Assembly (NCBI GenBank): GCA_043228905.1
Contig: JBHGNT010000006.1
Coordinates: forward strand, 9,300,001-9,364,000
Source: Azolla caroliniana
Lineage: Eukaryota; Plantae; Polypodiophyta
Length of the DNA stretch: 64,000 nucleotides
Direction: 5' to 3'
Both the position numbers and the translations under genes were made by a program. This document shows, piece after piece, positions 25,901-36,100 of this stretch. Every line of letters begins with the position of its first letter. The stretch's first letter is position 1. The notes below the pieces were generated by a model. It was not told the DNA's origin and did not search any database. It worked only from the letters and a program-made list of their open reading frames with translations.

Positions 25901-27830
25901 GGCTAAGGATTAGAGGTCATAGCTAAACAGTAAGTTGAAACCATGCATATTCATGGGATACTCGGAGGACAAGTTCGGCTACAGGCTGTGTGACTTAGTC
26001 GACGTGAAGGTAGTGAGGAGTCGTGACGTAGCCTTCTTGGAAGACAAGACGATTGAGGACTGGAAGCAACAGAAGTCGGAATCGACTTCCCAATCGATTC
26101 CCACTACCACTGACTTAAGGCCAAGTGAACCGACACAGTCGACTGCTCGGAGACAGCCAGTCGGCATAGCTGAATCCGAGTCGATCGACTCGAAGCAACC
26201 GACCAACAAAGATGAGTCAGAGTCAGTGGACTTATGGAAGTCGATCGAGGACTACGGGTGAGAATAGGCAAATCCTAAACGACTGATCGACACATATGAA
26301 TCCGAGCCAAGAATAGAGTCTGTAGAGACATCTGAACTTGAACCGACAACGAGTGGAAGGAGATACGCACTCAGAGAAAGGAGAGCATCGACTACATATG
26401 CTAGTCAATACATCCTCTTGACTGATGAAGGTGAAGACCAAAGAAGTCGACAACACACCCAGGTACAAAGCCTGCATTGTGGTGAAGTGGTTCCAATAGA
26501 AAAGGGGTGTTGACTTCCATTCGAACTGTTTTGAGCATTGCTACGAGCATGAATTTGGAGATCGAACAATTGGATGTCAAGACGACATTCTTGCACGCGG
26601 AGCTGGATGAAGAAATCTATATGTAGCAGCCCAAAGGTATTATGGAGACTGAAGAAAAGCTTTTATGGATTGAAACAAGTGAGCAAGCTCAACCGGATCC
26701 GGATCGGCTGAATAAGCCTGAGCCAGATCGGCATCCGGAAGGATGAGCCAGATCGGTATCTGGAAACAACCGGCCGCATCGGGGAGCCGGATCGGAGAGC
26801 CGGATTCTAGCGAGAACCGGAAGCCTAGCAGTAGCCTAGACTACTAGGTAATCATTGTCTGGTAGTTAGTGTCAGTCGTACGTGTGAGCATTGATGTACC
26901 TGTTAGTACTTTTGTTAGTCGTTTACGGACTTGTATAAATAGTGTTGTTTAGCACGTTGTATGTACATAGTGTTAGAGTTAATTTTTTGAATATAGTTTT
27001 ATGTTCTGCTCTCTCTCTCTCTCTCTATGTCTCCTCTGTGCTTTAAGCTTTTCCATTAAACTTTCATCTCATTTTTCTAAAGCTTCCGCACATTAACATG
27101 CACATGGTATCAGAGCGCAAGGGTTGAGAACCTCTGCAACTGACATTTGCTTCTATAGACGAACCCTAGATAGAGAGAAGATATGGACAAAGGAATGATG
27201 AGTTCACTTCCAACAAAGAAGCTCGACCGGAGCAACTATGCACCAGTACCTGCTGGGGCATGGATATTGGAGCTTCGTGGAAGGAACAAATGAAGTAGCA
27301 CCGGAGCCGTCACACAAAGACTTCCCGGTATGGGAGCAAGGAGCAGCTACATCAAGGATGCAAAGACGCTGAAGGAGGCCTGGGAAAATCTACGGAAGAT
27401 TTTCGCCGCAAGTACCACAACTCGTAAGTTGTAGCTCCGACAAGAGCTGAACAACAACAGGTTGCAAATGGGTGTACAAGGTAAAGTACAATGTCGATGG
27501 TTTAGTTCACCGGTACAAGGCCCGGTTAGTGGCGAAGGGATACGCACAAACACAAGTAATGTTGCGAATCAACGCTCCGATTCTCCTTCGCCACTCGGCC
27601 ACAACCGAGTAATCGCGAATCAATGCAGCAGAAAATAGGAAACACAGAGAAAGACACGATAACACAGGGATTAACGTGGAAAACCCTATACGGGAAAAAC
27701 CACGGGAGTCCTCAAACTCCAACTATCACTATGAACAGAGATGTACAATGGTGAAGCTTCAAGGCAACAACCTTGAGCTCACTGTCTTCGCCACAGGCGG
27801 CGGTAATACACAGAGGCAACGACCTCTTCG

Positions 27831-27874
<44 letters not shown>

Positions 27875-28056
27875 CTGCTCTCTTCACTCTCTCTAAGTGA
27901 AAACAGAAAAATAAGCAACAACAAAAACTGTTTGCCCTAAGTCATATTTATACACATATGACTTTCGGGCTATTTACAAATATGGCCTCAAGGACCCTTG
28001 GCAAACATATTCATAAATATGTCCCCGCATCCGGATTTCTTTCCGGGTACATTCTT

Positions 28057-28240
28057 CATCCGGCTCCGTAGCCGGGGTCTTCATCATCCGGCTCCGTAGC
28101 CGGGGTCTTCTTCATCCGGCTCCGTAGCCGGGGTCTTCTTCATCCGGCTCCGTAGCCGGGGTCTTCATCATCCGGCTCCGTAGCCGGGGTCTTCATCATC
28201 CGGCTCCGTAGCCGGGGTCTTCTTCATCCGGCTCCGTAAC
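28057..28240. repeat. 28-bp VNTR in the 3' LTR of copia F (6 full units plus a partial)
   Basis: Unit CATCCGGCTCCGTAGCCGGGGTCTTC(A/T)T. Confidence 0.93.
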
Positions 28241-28314
28241 CGCAACTGGGCTTGCCGTCATTCATCTCCGGACATCCCATCCGGAGGGACCGAAAATCCC
28301 AACAAACTCCCCCT

Positions 28315-31300
28315 TCACTTCGGCATGGGATGTCTCTCCAGTCCGACCCTCTTCCGGCACGCTTCCAGCTTGTCGGGTGTGAGCACTTTGGTCAGCATGT
28401 CTGACCCGTTCTCGTCCGTGTGGATCTTCGTCAGCACGAACTCCTGGTCTTCTATCCTTTCCCGGATCCAGTGATATCTTCGCTGGATGTGCTTCGTCCG
28501 GGAGTGATAGGCCGCATTCTTCGCAAGGTGGATGGCACTCTGACTGTCGCAATAGAGTCGGTACTCCTCCTGCCGGATACCAAGCTCTCTAATGAAGTCC
28601 TTCATCCATATTATTTCCTTGCCGGCTTCAACAGCCGCCATGTACTCCGCCTCCGTGGTTGACAACGCAACCGTCTTCTGCAGCCTCGACTGCCACGAAA
28701 CAGCTCCCCCTGCATACGTCATCACATACCCTGATGTGGACCGGCTGGTATCTGCATCAGCCGACATATCCGAATCGGTAAAGCCGTCAAGTTCGGGCTT
28801 ACCGGAGCCGAATCGGAGGCACACGTTTGCCGTACCCTTTAGGTATCGGAGTATCCACTTGACCGCGTTCCAGTGCTCTTTGCCGGGATTGCTCATGTAC
28901 CGGCTCACCACTCCGACTGCATTTCCTATGTCCGGTCTTGTACACACCATTGCGTACATCAAGCTCCCGACGGCAGAGGCATATGGTATCTTCATCATAT
29001 CCTCCTTCTCGGCCTTTGTCTTGGGACTTTGCTTGCCGGATAACTTGCAGTTTGCCGGGAGGGTCGACCCGACTGGTCTTGCTTCCGACATGTTGAACCG
29101 TTGAAGCACCTTTGTCACGTACTTCTCCTGTGATAGCCACAACTGCTTCTTCTTCCGGTCCCGGATGATGTGCATCCCTAGTATTTGCCTCGCCGGACCC
29201 AGGTCCTTCATTGAGAAGGTTCGGTGAAGAGCCTTCTTCAGCATCCGTATCTTGACCTGGTCCCGTCCGACGATCAACATGTCGTCCACGTATAGGAGGA
29301 GTATTAGAGAGTCTCCTCCGTCGAACTTCTTCACAAACACGCAGTGATCGGACTGCGTCTTGTGGTACCCTTCGTCGGTCATGAAGGAGTCGAACTTCCG
29401 GTACCACTGCCGGGGAGCCTGCTTCAGTCCGTAAAGGCTCTTCTTCAACCGGCATACCAGGTGCTCCTTCCCTTTCTTCTCGAATCCTTCCGGTTGCTGC
29501 ATGTAGATCTCTTCCTTGAGGTCACCGTGAAGGAATGCCGTCTTCACGTCCATCTGTTCTACCTCGAGGTCCATGCTTGCCGCTATGCTCAGCACCGTCC
29601 GGATGGAGGTCATCTTCACTACCGGGGCAAATATCTCGTCGAAGTCGACGCCCTTCTTCTGCTGAAACCCCTTCACCACGATCCTGGCTTTGTATCTCGG
29701 GGGGTTTCCGGCATCTCCCGGTTTCAGCTTGAACACCCACTTGTTACGGAGTGCCCGTTTTCCTTTCGGCAACTCCACAAGTTCATATGTGTGGTTCTCA
29801 TGCAGGGAATCCATCTCGTCCTGCATGGCACTTAACCACCTGCGGCTATGGGTGTCATGCTTCGCTTCTTCAAAGCTCTCCGGCTCCCCCTCGTCGGTTA
29901 GCAGCACGTGCTCTGGTTCCGGAAATCTCCGGGGGGCCCTTCTCTCTCTTAGAGGATATCTCCGTTCCGGAGCTTCGATAACCGGCTCCTCCGTTTCCTC
30001 TTCATCCGAATCCATTTCGGGATCGGGGCGGGTTCCGGTATCATTTTCATCTTCTTCGGCCGGTTCTGGTTCTTCACCGTCTTCGGCCGGATCTTCGAGT
30101 GTTAACCGGTCCCTTGCCGGTCGGGACTGCTCCTCGTAGAGTTGATCCTCACCGGTCGACTTGGAGCTCTTCATCTTCTTCTCCGACTCCCAGTCGGCGA
30201 GTGTCTTGTCCTCCATGAAGATGATGTCTCGACTCCTGAATATCTTCTTGTCGACCGGGTCCCATACTCGGTAGCCGAACTCATCGTCGCCGTAACCGAG
30301 GAATATGCATGGCCGGGTCTTTGGATCTAGCTTTCCTCTCCGGTCCTTTGCCACATGCACATATGCGAGACACCCGAACACCTTCAGATGCCGGTAGGAC
30401 ACTTCCTTACCGGTCCACACTTTCTGCGGCGTGTCTTCGTCCAAAGGTACTGAGGGTGATCTGTTTATCACGTATGTCGCCGTCGACATTGCCTCAGCCC
30501 AAAACCCCTTGGGTAATTTCGCATGCGCCAGCATACTCCGGACCCTCTCCATTATGGTCCGGTTCATCCTCTCGGCCAGCCCGTTTAGTTCCGGCATCTT
30601 CGGCACAGTAAACTCGAGCCGGATTCCCTTCGAGCGACAGTACTCCTGGAACTGCCCCCGGTATTCCCCTCCGTTATCCGCTCGTATCGCTTTCAGCTTC
30701 TTGCCGGATTCCCTTTCCACTCTCGTGTGGAGTTCTTTGAAGACGGACAACACTTGGTCCTTTGTCTTCAACGGCGCCGTCCACAGCTTCCGGCTGTGAT
30801 CATCAATGAATGTTACGAAGTACTGGGCTCCGCCATGTGACTTCGTTTCTACCTGACACACGTCAGTGTGCACCAACTCCAATGGTGCACTACGTCTCAT
30901 CGGTGGCCTTGAGTGGAAGGAGGTCCGGTTTTGCTTACCGGCCAGACAGTCGGTACACTTCCCCAAGTGTACATGCTTTACCGGTATCAGGTTGTCTTCG
31001 GCAAGCCTCTTCATCCCCTTCTCGCTCATGTGGCACAATCTCTTGTGCCACAGCTCACCGGCAGTGTCGGCTGCCACGTTCAGCTCTTCCGGACATAACC
31101 GGGCATTCATCAGGTACAACGTGTTGATCTTCCGGGCCCGAGCCACTATCAGGCTTCCTTTGCTGAACTTCATGACACCGTTCCGGATGCTACCCGTGTA
31201 GCCTTCATCGTCTAGCCTCCCGGCCGAAATCAGGTTCAATCGAACCTCCGGAACGTGTCGCACATCCTTCAGCAGCATTTTGCATCCGGTCGAGGTTGTT

Positions 31301-32388
31301 AACCACACGTCTCCTATGCCGGCAATCCGGCATGTATCTTCATTTCCCATCCGGACACAACCATGCTCACCGGCTGTGTAGGATGAGAAGTATTTCTTCT
31401 CCGGGGTCAGGTGGAACGACGCTCCGGAATCGACCACCCAGGTCATCTCTTCTCCGGCAAGGTTCAGCTCCCTCTCTTCGGCAATGAGCATGATCTCCTC
31501 TTCACTTGCCGCGAGTGCCGTCGTTCCTTTCCGGTCCTGCCCTCGCCGATCCGAACCTCTCCGGTCCGTGGCTCCCCGGTATGCACCGTTTCTCTCCGGT
31601 GACTTCTTCGAATCGGTGTCGTCGGCTCCGTTGTCCTTTCGGTAATGCCGACAATTCTTCCGGAAGTGCCCCGGCTTCCCACAGTGGAAGCATGTGGGTC
31701 TTCCTCTTGACTGCGACCGGGTCCCCGACTTCTCCCGTCTTTGCGGACTCCGGTTCCATTGTCTTCCCCGTTCCGATTCGGTAAGCAGCGCCTTCGAGTC
31801 GGAGGCCGGTTCTTTATCTCTCCGACGCGCTTCTTCGTTCAAAATACTTGTCTTTACCGTTTGTAAAGACAAGTTATCTTCGGTGCAGGAGGTGCTGAGA
31901 GTCACCACCAAGTTCTCCCAACTTTCCGGCAATGTACACATCAGAATGATGGCTTGCATTGCATCCTCCAGCGGGAACTTGATCGCCGTAAGCTGGTTCA
32001 CGAATCCCATGAACGTGCTTACGTGTTCCACCATACTCTCGCCGTCCCGGTACTTGAGGTTCACTATCTTCCTCATCAGGGAGGTCCGGTTCAACGCATT
32101 CTTCCTCTCGTAGAGGCCCGACAGCTTCCGCCACATCTCGTATGCGTTGGTGTCGTTCGCCACATGCTGTAGGACGCTTACATCGACATATTGCCGGATC
32201 GTCGCTACGGCTTTCCGGTTCAGAAGCCTCCATTCCGTCTCAAGTACCCCCTTCGGTATTTCCGACCTGTCAATCGGTTCGTACAGGTCCCGAACAATCA
32301 GAAGATCCTCCATCTTGATCTTCAAGTCGGCGTAGTTCTGTGCATTCAACACCATCATCCCCGGCTGCCCGCTGCTGCCGCCTTCCAT
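28315..32388 (-). CDS. Copia gag-pol polyprotein (1357 aa from the first ATG after the PBS)
   Basis: Uninterrupted ORF: CFHCGKPGHFRKNC, WVVDSGASFH, LWHKRLCH, LELVHTDVC, RADNGGEY, QMDVKTAFLHG, LLYVDDML, FTDSDMS, KHIQRRYHWIRE. Confidence 0.96.
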   Translation of the reverse strand: MEGGSSGQPGMMVLNAQNYADLKIKMEDLLIVRDLYEPIDRSEIPKGVLETEWRLLNRKAVATIRQYVDVSVLQHVANDTNAYEMWRKLSGLYERKNALNRTSLMRKIVNLKYRDGESMVEHVSTFMGFVNQLTAIKFPLEDAMQAIILMCTLPESWENLVVTLSTSCTEDNLSLQTVKTSILNEEARRRDKEPASDSKALLTESERGRQWNRSPQRREKSGTRSQSRGRPTCFHCGKPGHFRKNCRHYRKDNGADDTDSKKSPERNGAYRGATDRRGSDRRGQDRKGTTALAASEEEIMLIAEERELNLAGEEMTWVVDSGASFHLTPEKKYFSSYTAGEHGCVRMGNEDTCRIAGIGDVWLTTSTGCKMLLKDVRHVPEVRLNLISAGRLDDEGYTGSIRNGVMKFSKGSLIVARARKINTLYLMNARLCPEELNVAADTAGELWHKRLCHMSEKGMKRLAEDNLIPVKHVHLGKCTDCLAGKQNRTSFHSRPPMRRSAPLELVHTDVCQVETKSHGGAQYFVTFIDDHSRKLWTAPLKTKDQVLSVFKELHTRVERESGKKLKAIRADNGGEYRGQFQEYCRSKGIRLEFTVPKMPELNGLAERMNRTIMERVRSMLAHAKLPKGFWAEAMSTATYVINRSPSVPLDEDTPQKVWTGKEVSYRHLKVFGCLAYVHVAKDRRGKLDPKTRPCIFLGYGDDEFGYRVWDPVDKKIFRSRDIIFMEDKTLADWESEKKMKSSKSTGEDQLYEEQSRPARDRLTLEDPAEDGEEPEPAEEDENDTGTRPDPEMDSDEEETEEPVIEAPERRYPLRERRAPRRFPEPEHVLLTDEGEPESFEEAKHDTHSRRWLSAMQDEMDSLHENHTYELVELPKGKRALRNKWVFKLKPGDAGNPPRYKARIVVKGFQQKKGVDFDEIFAPVVKMTSIRTVLSIAASMDLEVEQMDVKTAFLHGDLKEEIYMQQPEGFEKKGKEHLVCRLKKSLYGLKQAPRQWYRKFDSFMTDEGYHKTQSDHCVFVKKFDGGDSLILLLYVDDMLIVGRDQVKIRMLKKALHRTFSMKDLGPARQILGMHIIRDRKKKQLWLSQEKYVTKVLQRFNMSEARPVGSTLPANCKLSGKQSPKTKAEKEDMMKIPYASAVGSLMYAMVCTRPDIGNAVGVVSRYMSNPGKEHWNAVKWILRYLKGTANVCLRFGSGKPELDGFTDSDMSADADTSRSTSGYVMTYAGGAVSWQSRLQKTVALSTTEAEYMAAVEAGKEIIWMKDFIRELGIRQEEYRLYCDSQSAIHLAKNAAYHSRTKHIQRRYHWIRERIEDQEFVLTKIHTDENGSDMLTKVLTPDKLEACRKRVGLERHPMPK

Positions 32389-32690
32389 TTTCTGCACTGC
32401 CGTCGCTCTGATACCACTTTGTTGCGAATCAACGCTCCGATTCTCCTTCGCCACTCGGCCACAACCGAGTAATCGCGAATCAATGCAGCAGAAAATAGGA
32501 AACACAGAGAAAGACACGATAACACAGGGATTAACGTGGAAAACCCTATACGGGAAAAACCACGGGAGTCCTCAAACTCCAACTATCACTATGAACAGAG
32601 ATGTACAATGGTGAAGCTTCAAGGCAACAACCTTGAGCTCACTGTCTTCGCCACAGGCGGCGGTAATACACAGAGGCAACGACCTCTTCG

Positions 32691-32734
<44 letters not shown>

Positions 32735-32916
32735 CTGCTCTCTTCACTCTCTCTAAGTGAAAACAGAAAAATAAGCAACAACAAAAACTGTTTGCCCTAA
32801 GTCATATTTATACACATATGACTTTCGGGCTATTTACAAATATGGCCTCAAGGACCCTTGGCAAACATATTCATAAATATGTCCCCGCATCCGGATTTCT
32901 TTCCGGGTACATTCTT

Positions 32917-33156
32917 CATCCGGCTCCGTAGCCGGGGTCTTCATCATCCGGCTCCGTAGCCGGGGTCTTCTTCATCCGGCTCCGTAGCCGGGGTCTTCAT
33001 CATCCGGCTCCGTAGCCGGGGTCTTCTTCATCCGGCTCCGTAGCCGGGGTCTTCATCATCCGGCTCCGTAGCCGGGGTCTTCTTCATCCGGCTCCGTAGC
33101 CGGGGTCTTCATCATCCGGCTCCGTAGCCGGGGTCTTCTTCATCCGGCTCCGTAAC
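32917..33156. repeat. 28-bp VNTR in the 5' LTR of copia F (8 full units plus a partial)
   Basis: Same unit; the 56-bp LTR length difference equals two units. Confidence 0.93.
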
Positions 33157-36100
33157 CGCAACCGGGCTTGCCGTCATTCATCTCCGGACATCCCATCCGG
33201 AGGGACCGAAAATCCCAACAAGTAATAGATTACGATGAGACCTTCGCCCTAGCAGCGAAGATGACGACGGTTCGTGTGGTATTGGCGGTTGTTGCGGCAA
33301 GGGGGTGGCATCTTCACCAGATGGACGTGTCGACTTGTCTCCACACCCCTAGACCAGAACTAGAAGCTCTGTCCCAAATCCAGACCGACATGCGATGAGA
33401 AACGGTTCCGACAAATCGTTGGAATCCTGATATACTTGACAATCACTTGACTCGACCTCAGTTACCCGGTTAGAGTGATCAGCCAGTTCATGCAGAAGCT
33501 GACCGTTGAGCTCCTTCAGTGCGCACACCGGATACTCTGATATGTGAGTGGCACGAAGGACCGGGGACTGTTATACCGACATGGTATAGCTAGGAAGCTA
33601 GTCAGATATACTGATGCTGACTGGGCTAGTGATGCATTGGATCGCCGATCCACCTCAGGTTACATGTTTTCTTTGGGTAGCGCGGCTGTTGCGTGGAGTA
33701 GCAAAAAGCAACCAACAGTGGCTCTGTCGAGCACTGAGGCTGAATACCGAGGCGCTACCAAATGCCACCTATGAAGCCATCTGGCTTCACCGACTACTAC
33801 AAGACCTACGGATTGAGGTCCCGACCCCGATCCTGATCTTTTGTGACAACATGAGCAACATTAAGCTCGCCAAGAACCCCGTGTTTCATGCTCGGACAAA
33901 GCACATAGAAGGCCACTATCACTTTGTGCGTGTGCGGGTTCTAAGCAGTGAAGTTGAACTTTGGTATATTTAGACGGATCGGCAAATTGCCGATATCTTC
34001 ACCAAACCGCTCGGATCGGACAAGTTGCAACACTTGACCGAAATGTTTGGTGTTCAGTATCTCGACGTGCCGCACTTGAGGGGGAGAAAAGGAAAGGGAA
34101 CGGATGGTATCGAACAAGGAGTCGGAGAGGAAGAAAGAACCAACAAAGGGGGAGACGAGAGGAAAAAGGAAGTTGAACCGACCGAAGGAGTCGGCACATC
34201 CGAAAAGGTCAGAACAAGTGGCAGTGGCGGCAGAGTCAAGAAGGATAGAGCCAACCGGAAGAAAACGGCTAAGCCCCGGACGTGGTCCGGTGTGGAGAAG
34301 GGCCTGAAACTGGAAGACGAGTTGGAGAACACCGACTCGGACAAGAGCTGGAACGAATCGAAGGAAACCGATTCGGTTCAAGATTCGGAGAAGCCGGATC
34401 AACTAAAGGCCAAGCGGACACAGACGTAGCGGAAGTCGACGCCAACACGAAGGATCCAACGGGTTGACAAGCGTCAGAGTCGCAGCAGCAAGGGAGCTAA
34501 AATGGGCCTGTTGAGCAGACAAGCCAACCAAGGAGGTCGAGGTGTGCATAACCAGAAGGGTCACTGCAAACAAGATCAAACCGGACGAGGAACGCGAGCG
34601 AGGCGAAGCAACACCAGAAGGAGCCGGGTAGAAGAGTCGTCTGTCGCGGGCACTAACACCATGATCCGACCTCAAGTTGAGCTTGAGGGGGAGTGTTGAG
34701 CGAGCAAGCTCAATCGGATCCAGATCGGCTGAATAAGCCTGAGCCGGATTGGCATCCGGAAGGATGAGCCGGATCGGTATCCGGAAACAACCGGCCGGAT
34801 CGGAGAGCTGGATTCGAGCGGGAACCGGAAGCCTAGCAGTAGCCTACCTGGACTACTAGGTAATCATTGTTTGGTAGTTAGTGTCAGTTGCACGTGTGAG
34901 CATTGAAGTACCTGTCAGTACTTTTGTCAGTCCTTTATGGACTTGTATAAATAGTGTTGTTTAGCACGTTGTATGTACAGAGTGTTAGAGTTAATTTTTT
35001 GAATATAGTTTTATGTTCTGCTCTCTCTCTCTCTCTCTCTTTGTCTCCTCTGTGCTTTAAGCTTTTCTATTAAACCTTCATCTCATTTAACTGTTGCTAT
35101 CCGGCTGAGCCGGTTCTGTTTGACGCTTCCACACATTAACATTCACACACACCAATGGTACAAGAAGTTTGAATCCTTCATGATGGAATATTGGTTCCAG
35201 AAAACAGAGGTCGACCACTGTGTGTTCGTCAATGAAAATGATCAAGATCTCATTGCGTTTTGTTCTAACATAGGCATAAATTCAAACATATTAAGATTGT
35301 TTTTTGATAAAAATAGACGAAAGGTATGATGAAGGTGACCTCTTAATTCTCTTGTTATATGTGGATGACATGTTGATAGTCGGACAAGACACGAAGAAGA
35401 TCGTCAGCTTGAAGAAATCATTAGGCAAGTTGTTTGTCATGAAAGATCTTGGACCGGCAAAGTAGATCTTAGGGATGCACATAGTTCGAGATAGAACTAA
35501 GAAAGTGTTGTGGTTGTCACAAGAGAAATATGTGATGAAGATCCTAGAAAGATTCAACATGTCAAAGGCAAAGTCAATCGGCTTTGTGTTGCCGACCAAC
35601 TACAAGTTGAATGCCAAGCAATGCCCGAGAGGGGAGAAAGGAAAGGCTGAGATGAAGAAAGTATCGTATGCCTCAGTTGTCAACAGTTTAATGTATGCTA
35701 TGGTCTATACGAGACTAGACATAACATTTGCTACGGGGACAATAAGCCGATACATGAGTAATCCAGGTAGAGAACACTGGGCAGTAGTAAAATGGATACT
35801 CAGGTACTTAAGAGGCACCTCGGGTGTGTGCCTCAGGTATGGTTTCAAAAAACCCATGCTCGAAGGGTTTACCAACTTAGACATGTCGAGGGATGCAGAC
35901 TCAAGTCGGTATGGTTTCAAAAAACCCATGCTCGAAGGGTTTACCAACTCAGACATGTCGAGGGATGCAAACTCAAGTCGATCCACTTTGGGGTACGTGA
36001 TGACTTACGCAAGGGGAACGATGTCGTGGTAGTCAGGACTTCAGAAATCTATGGCTTTGTCAACCACAAAGGCTGAGTACATGGCATCGGTAGAGGCCGG

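Larger units (their letters stand above)
27560..33220 (-). mobile_element. Ty1/copia F, full-length, intact and very young
   Basis: LTRs 32420-33220 (5', 801 bp) and 27560-28304 (3', 745 bp), near-identical apart from repeat number; perfect TSD AGTAA (27555-27559, 33221-33225); PBS at 32416-32405; PPT at ~28316-28306. Confidence 0.97.
26678..35147 (+). mobile_element. Ty1/copia E, internally deleted, interrupted by copia F
   Basis: LTRs ~26678-27104 (first bases lost) and 34694-35147; PBS TGGTATCAGAGC at 27105; PPT 34685-34693. A gag piece is fused directly to RT (GCKWVYKVK..ARLVAKGYAQT); RNase H reads YTDADWA, KHIEGHYHFVR. Confidence 0.85.

Noticed and set aside
28262-32472. Many overlapping alternative-frame and antisense ORFs
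   Set aside because: Expected by-products of a GC-rich intact pol gene; no recognisable domains
32389-32517. First 43 aa of the 1400-aa ORF
   Set aside because: Lies in the LTR/PBS and starts at a non-ATG codon; the ATG at 32388 matches the start of relative D
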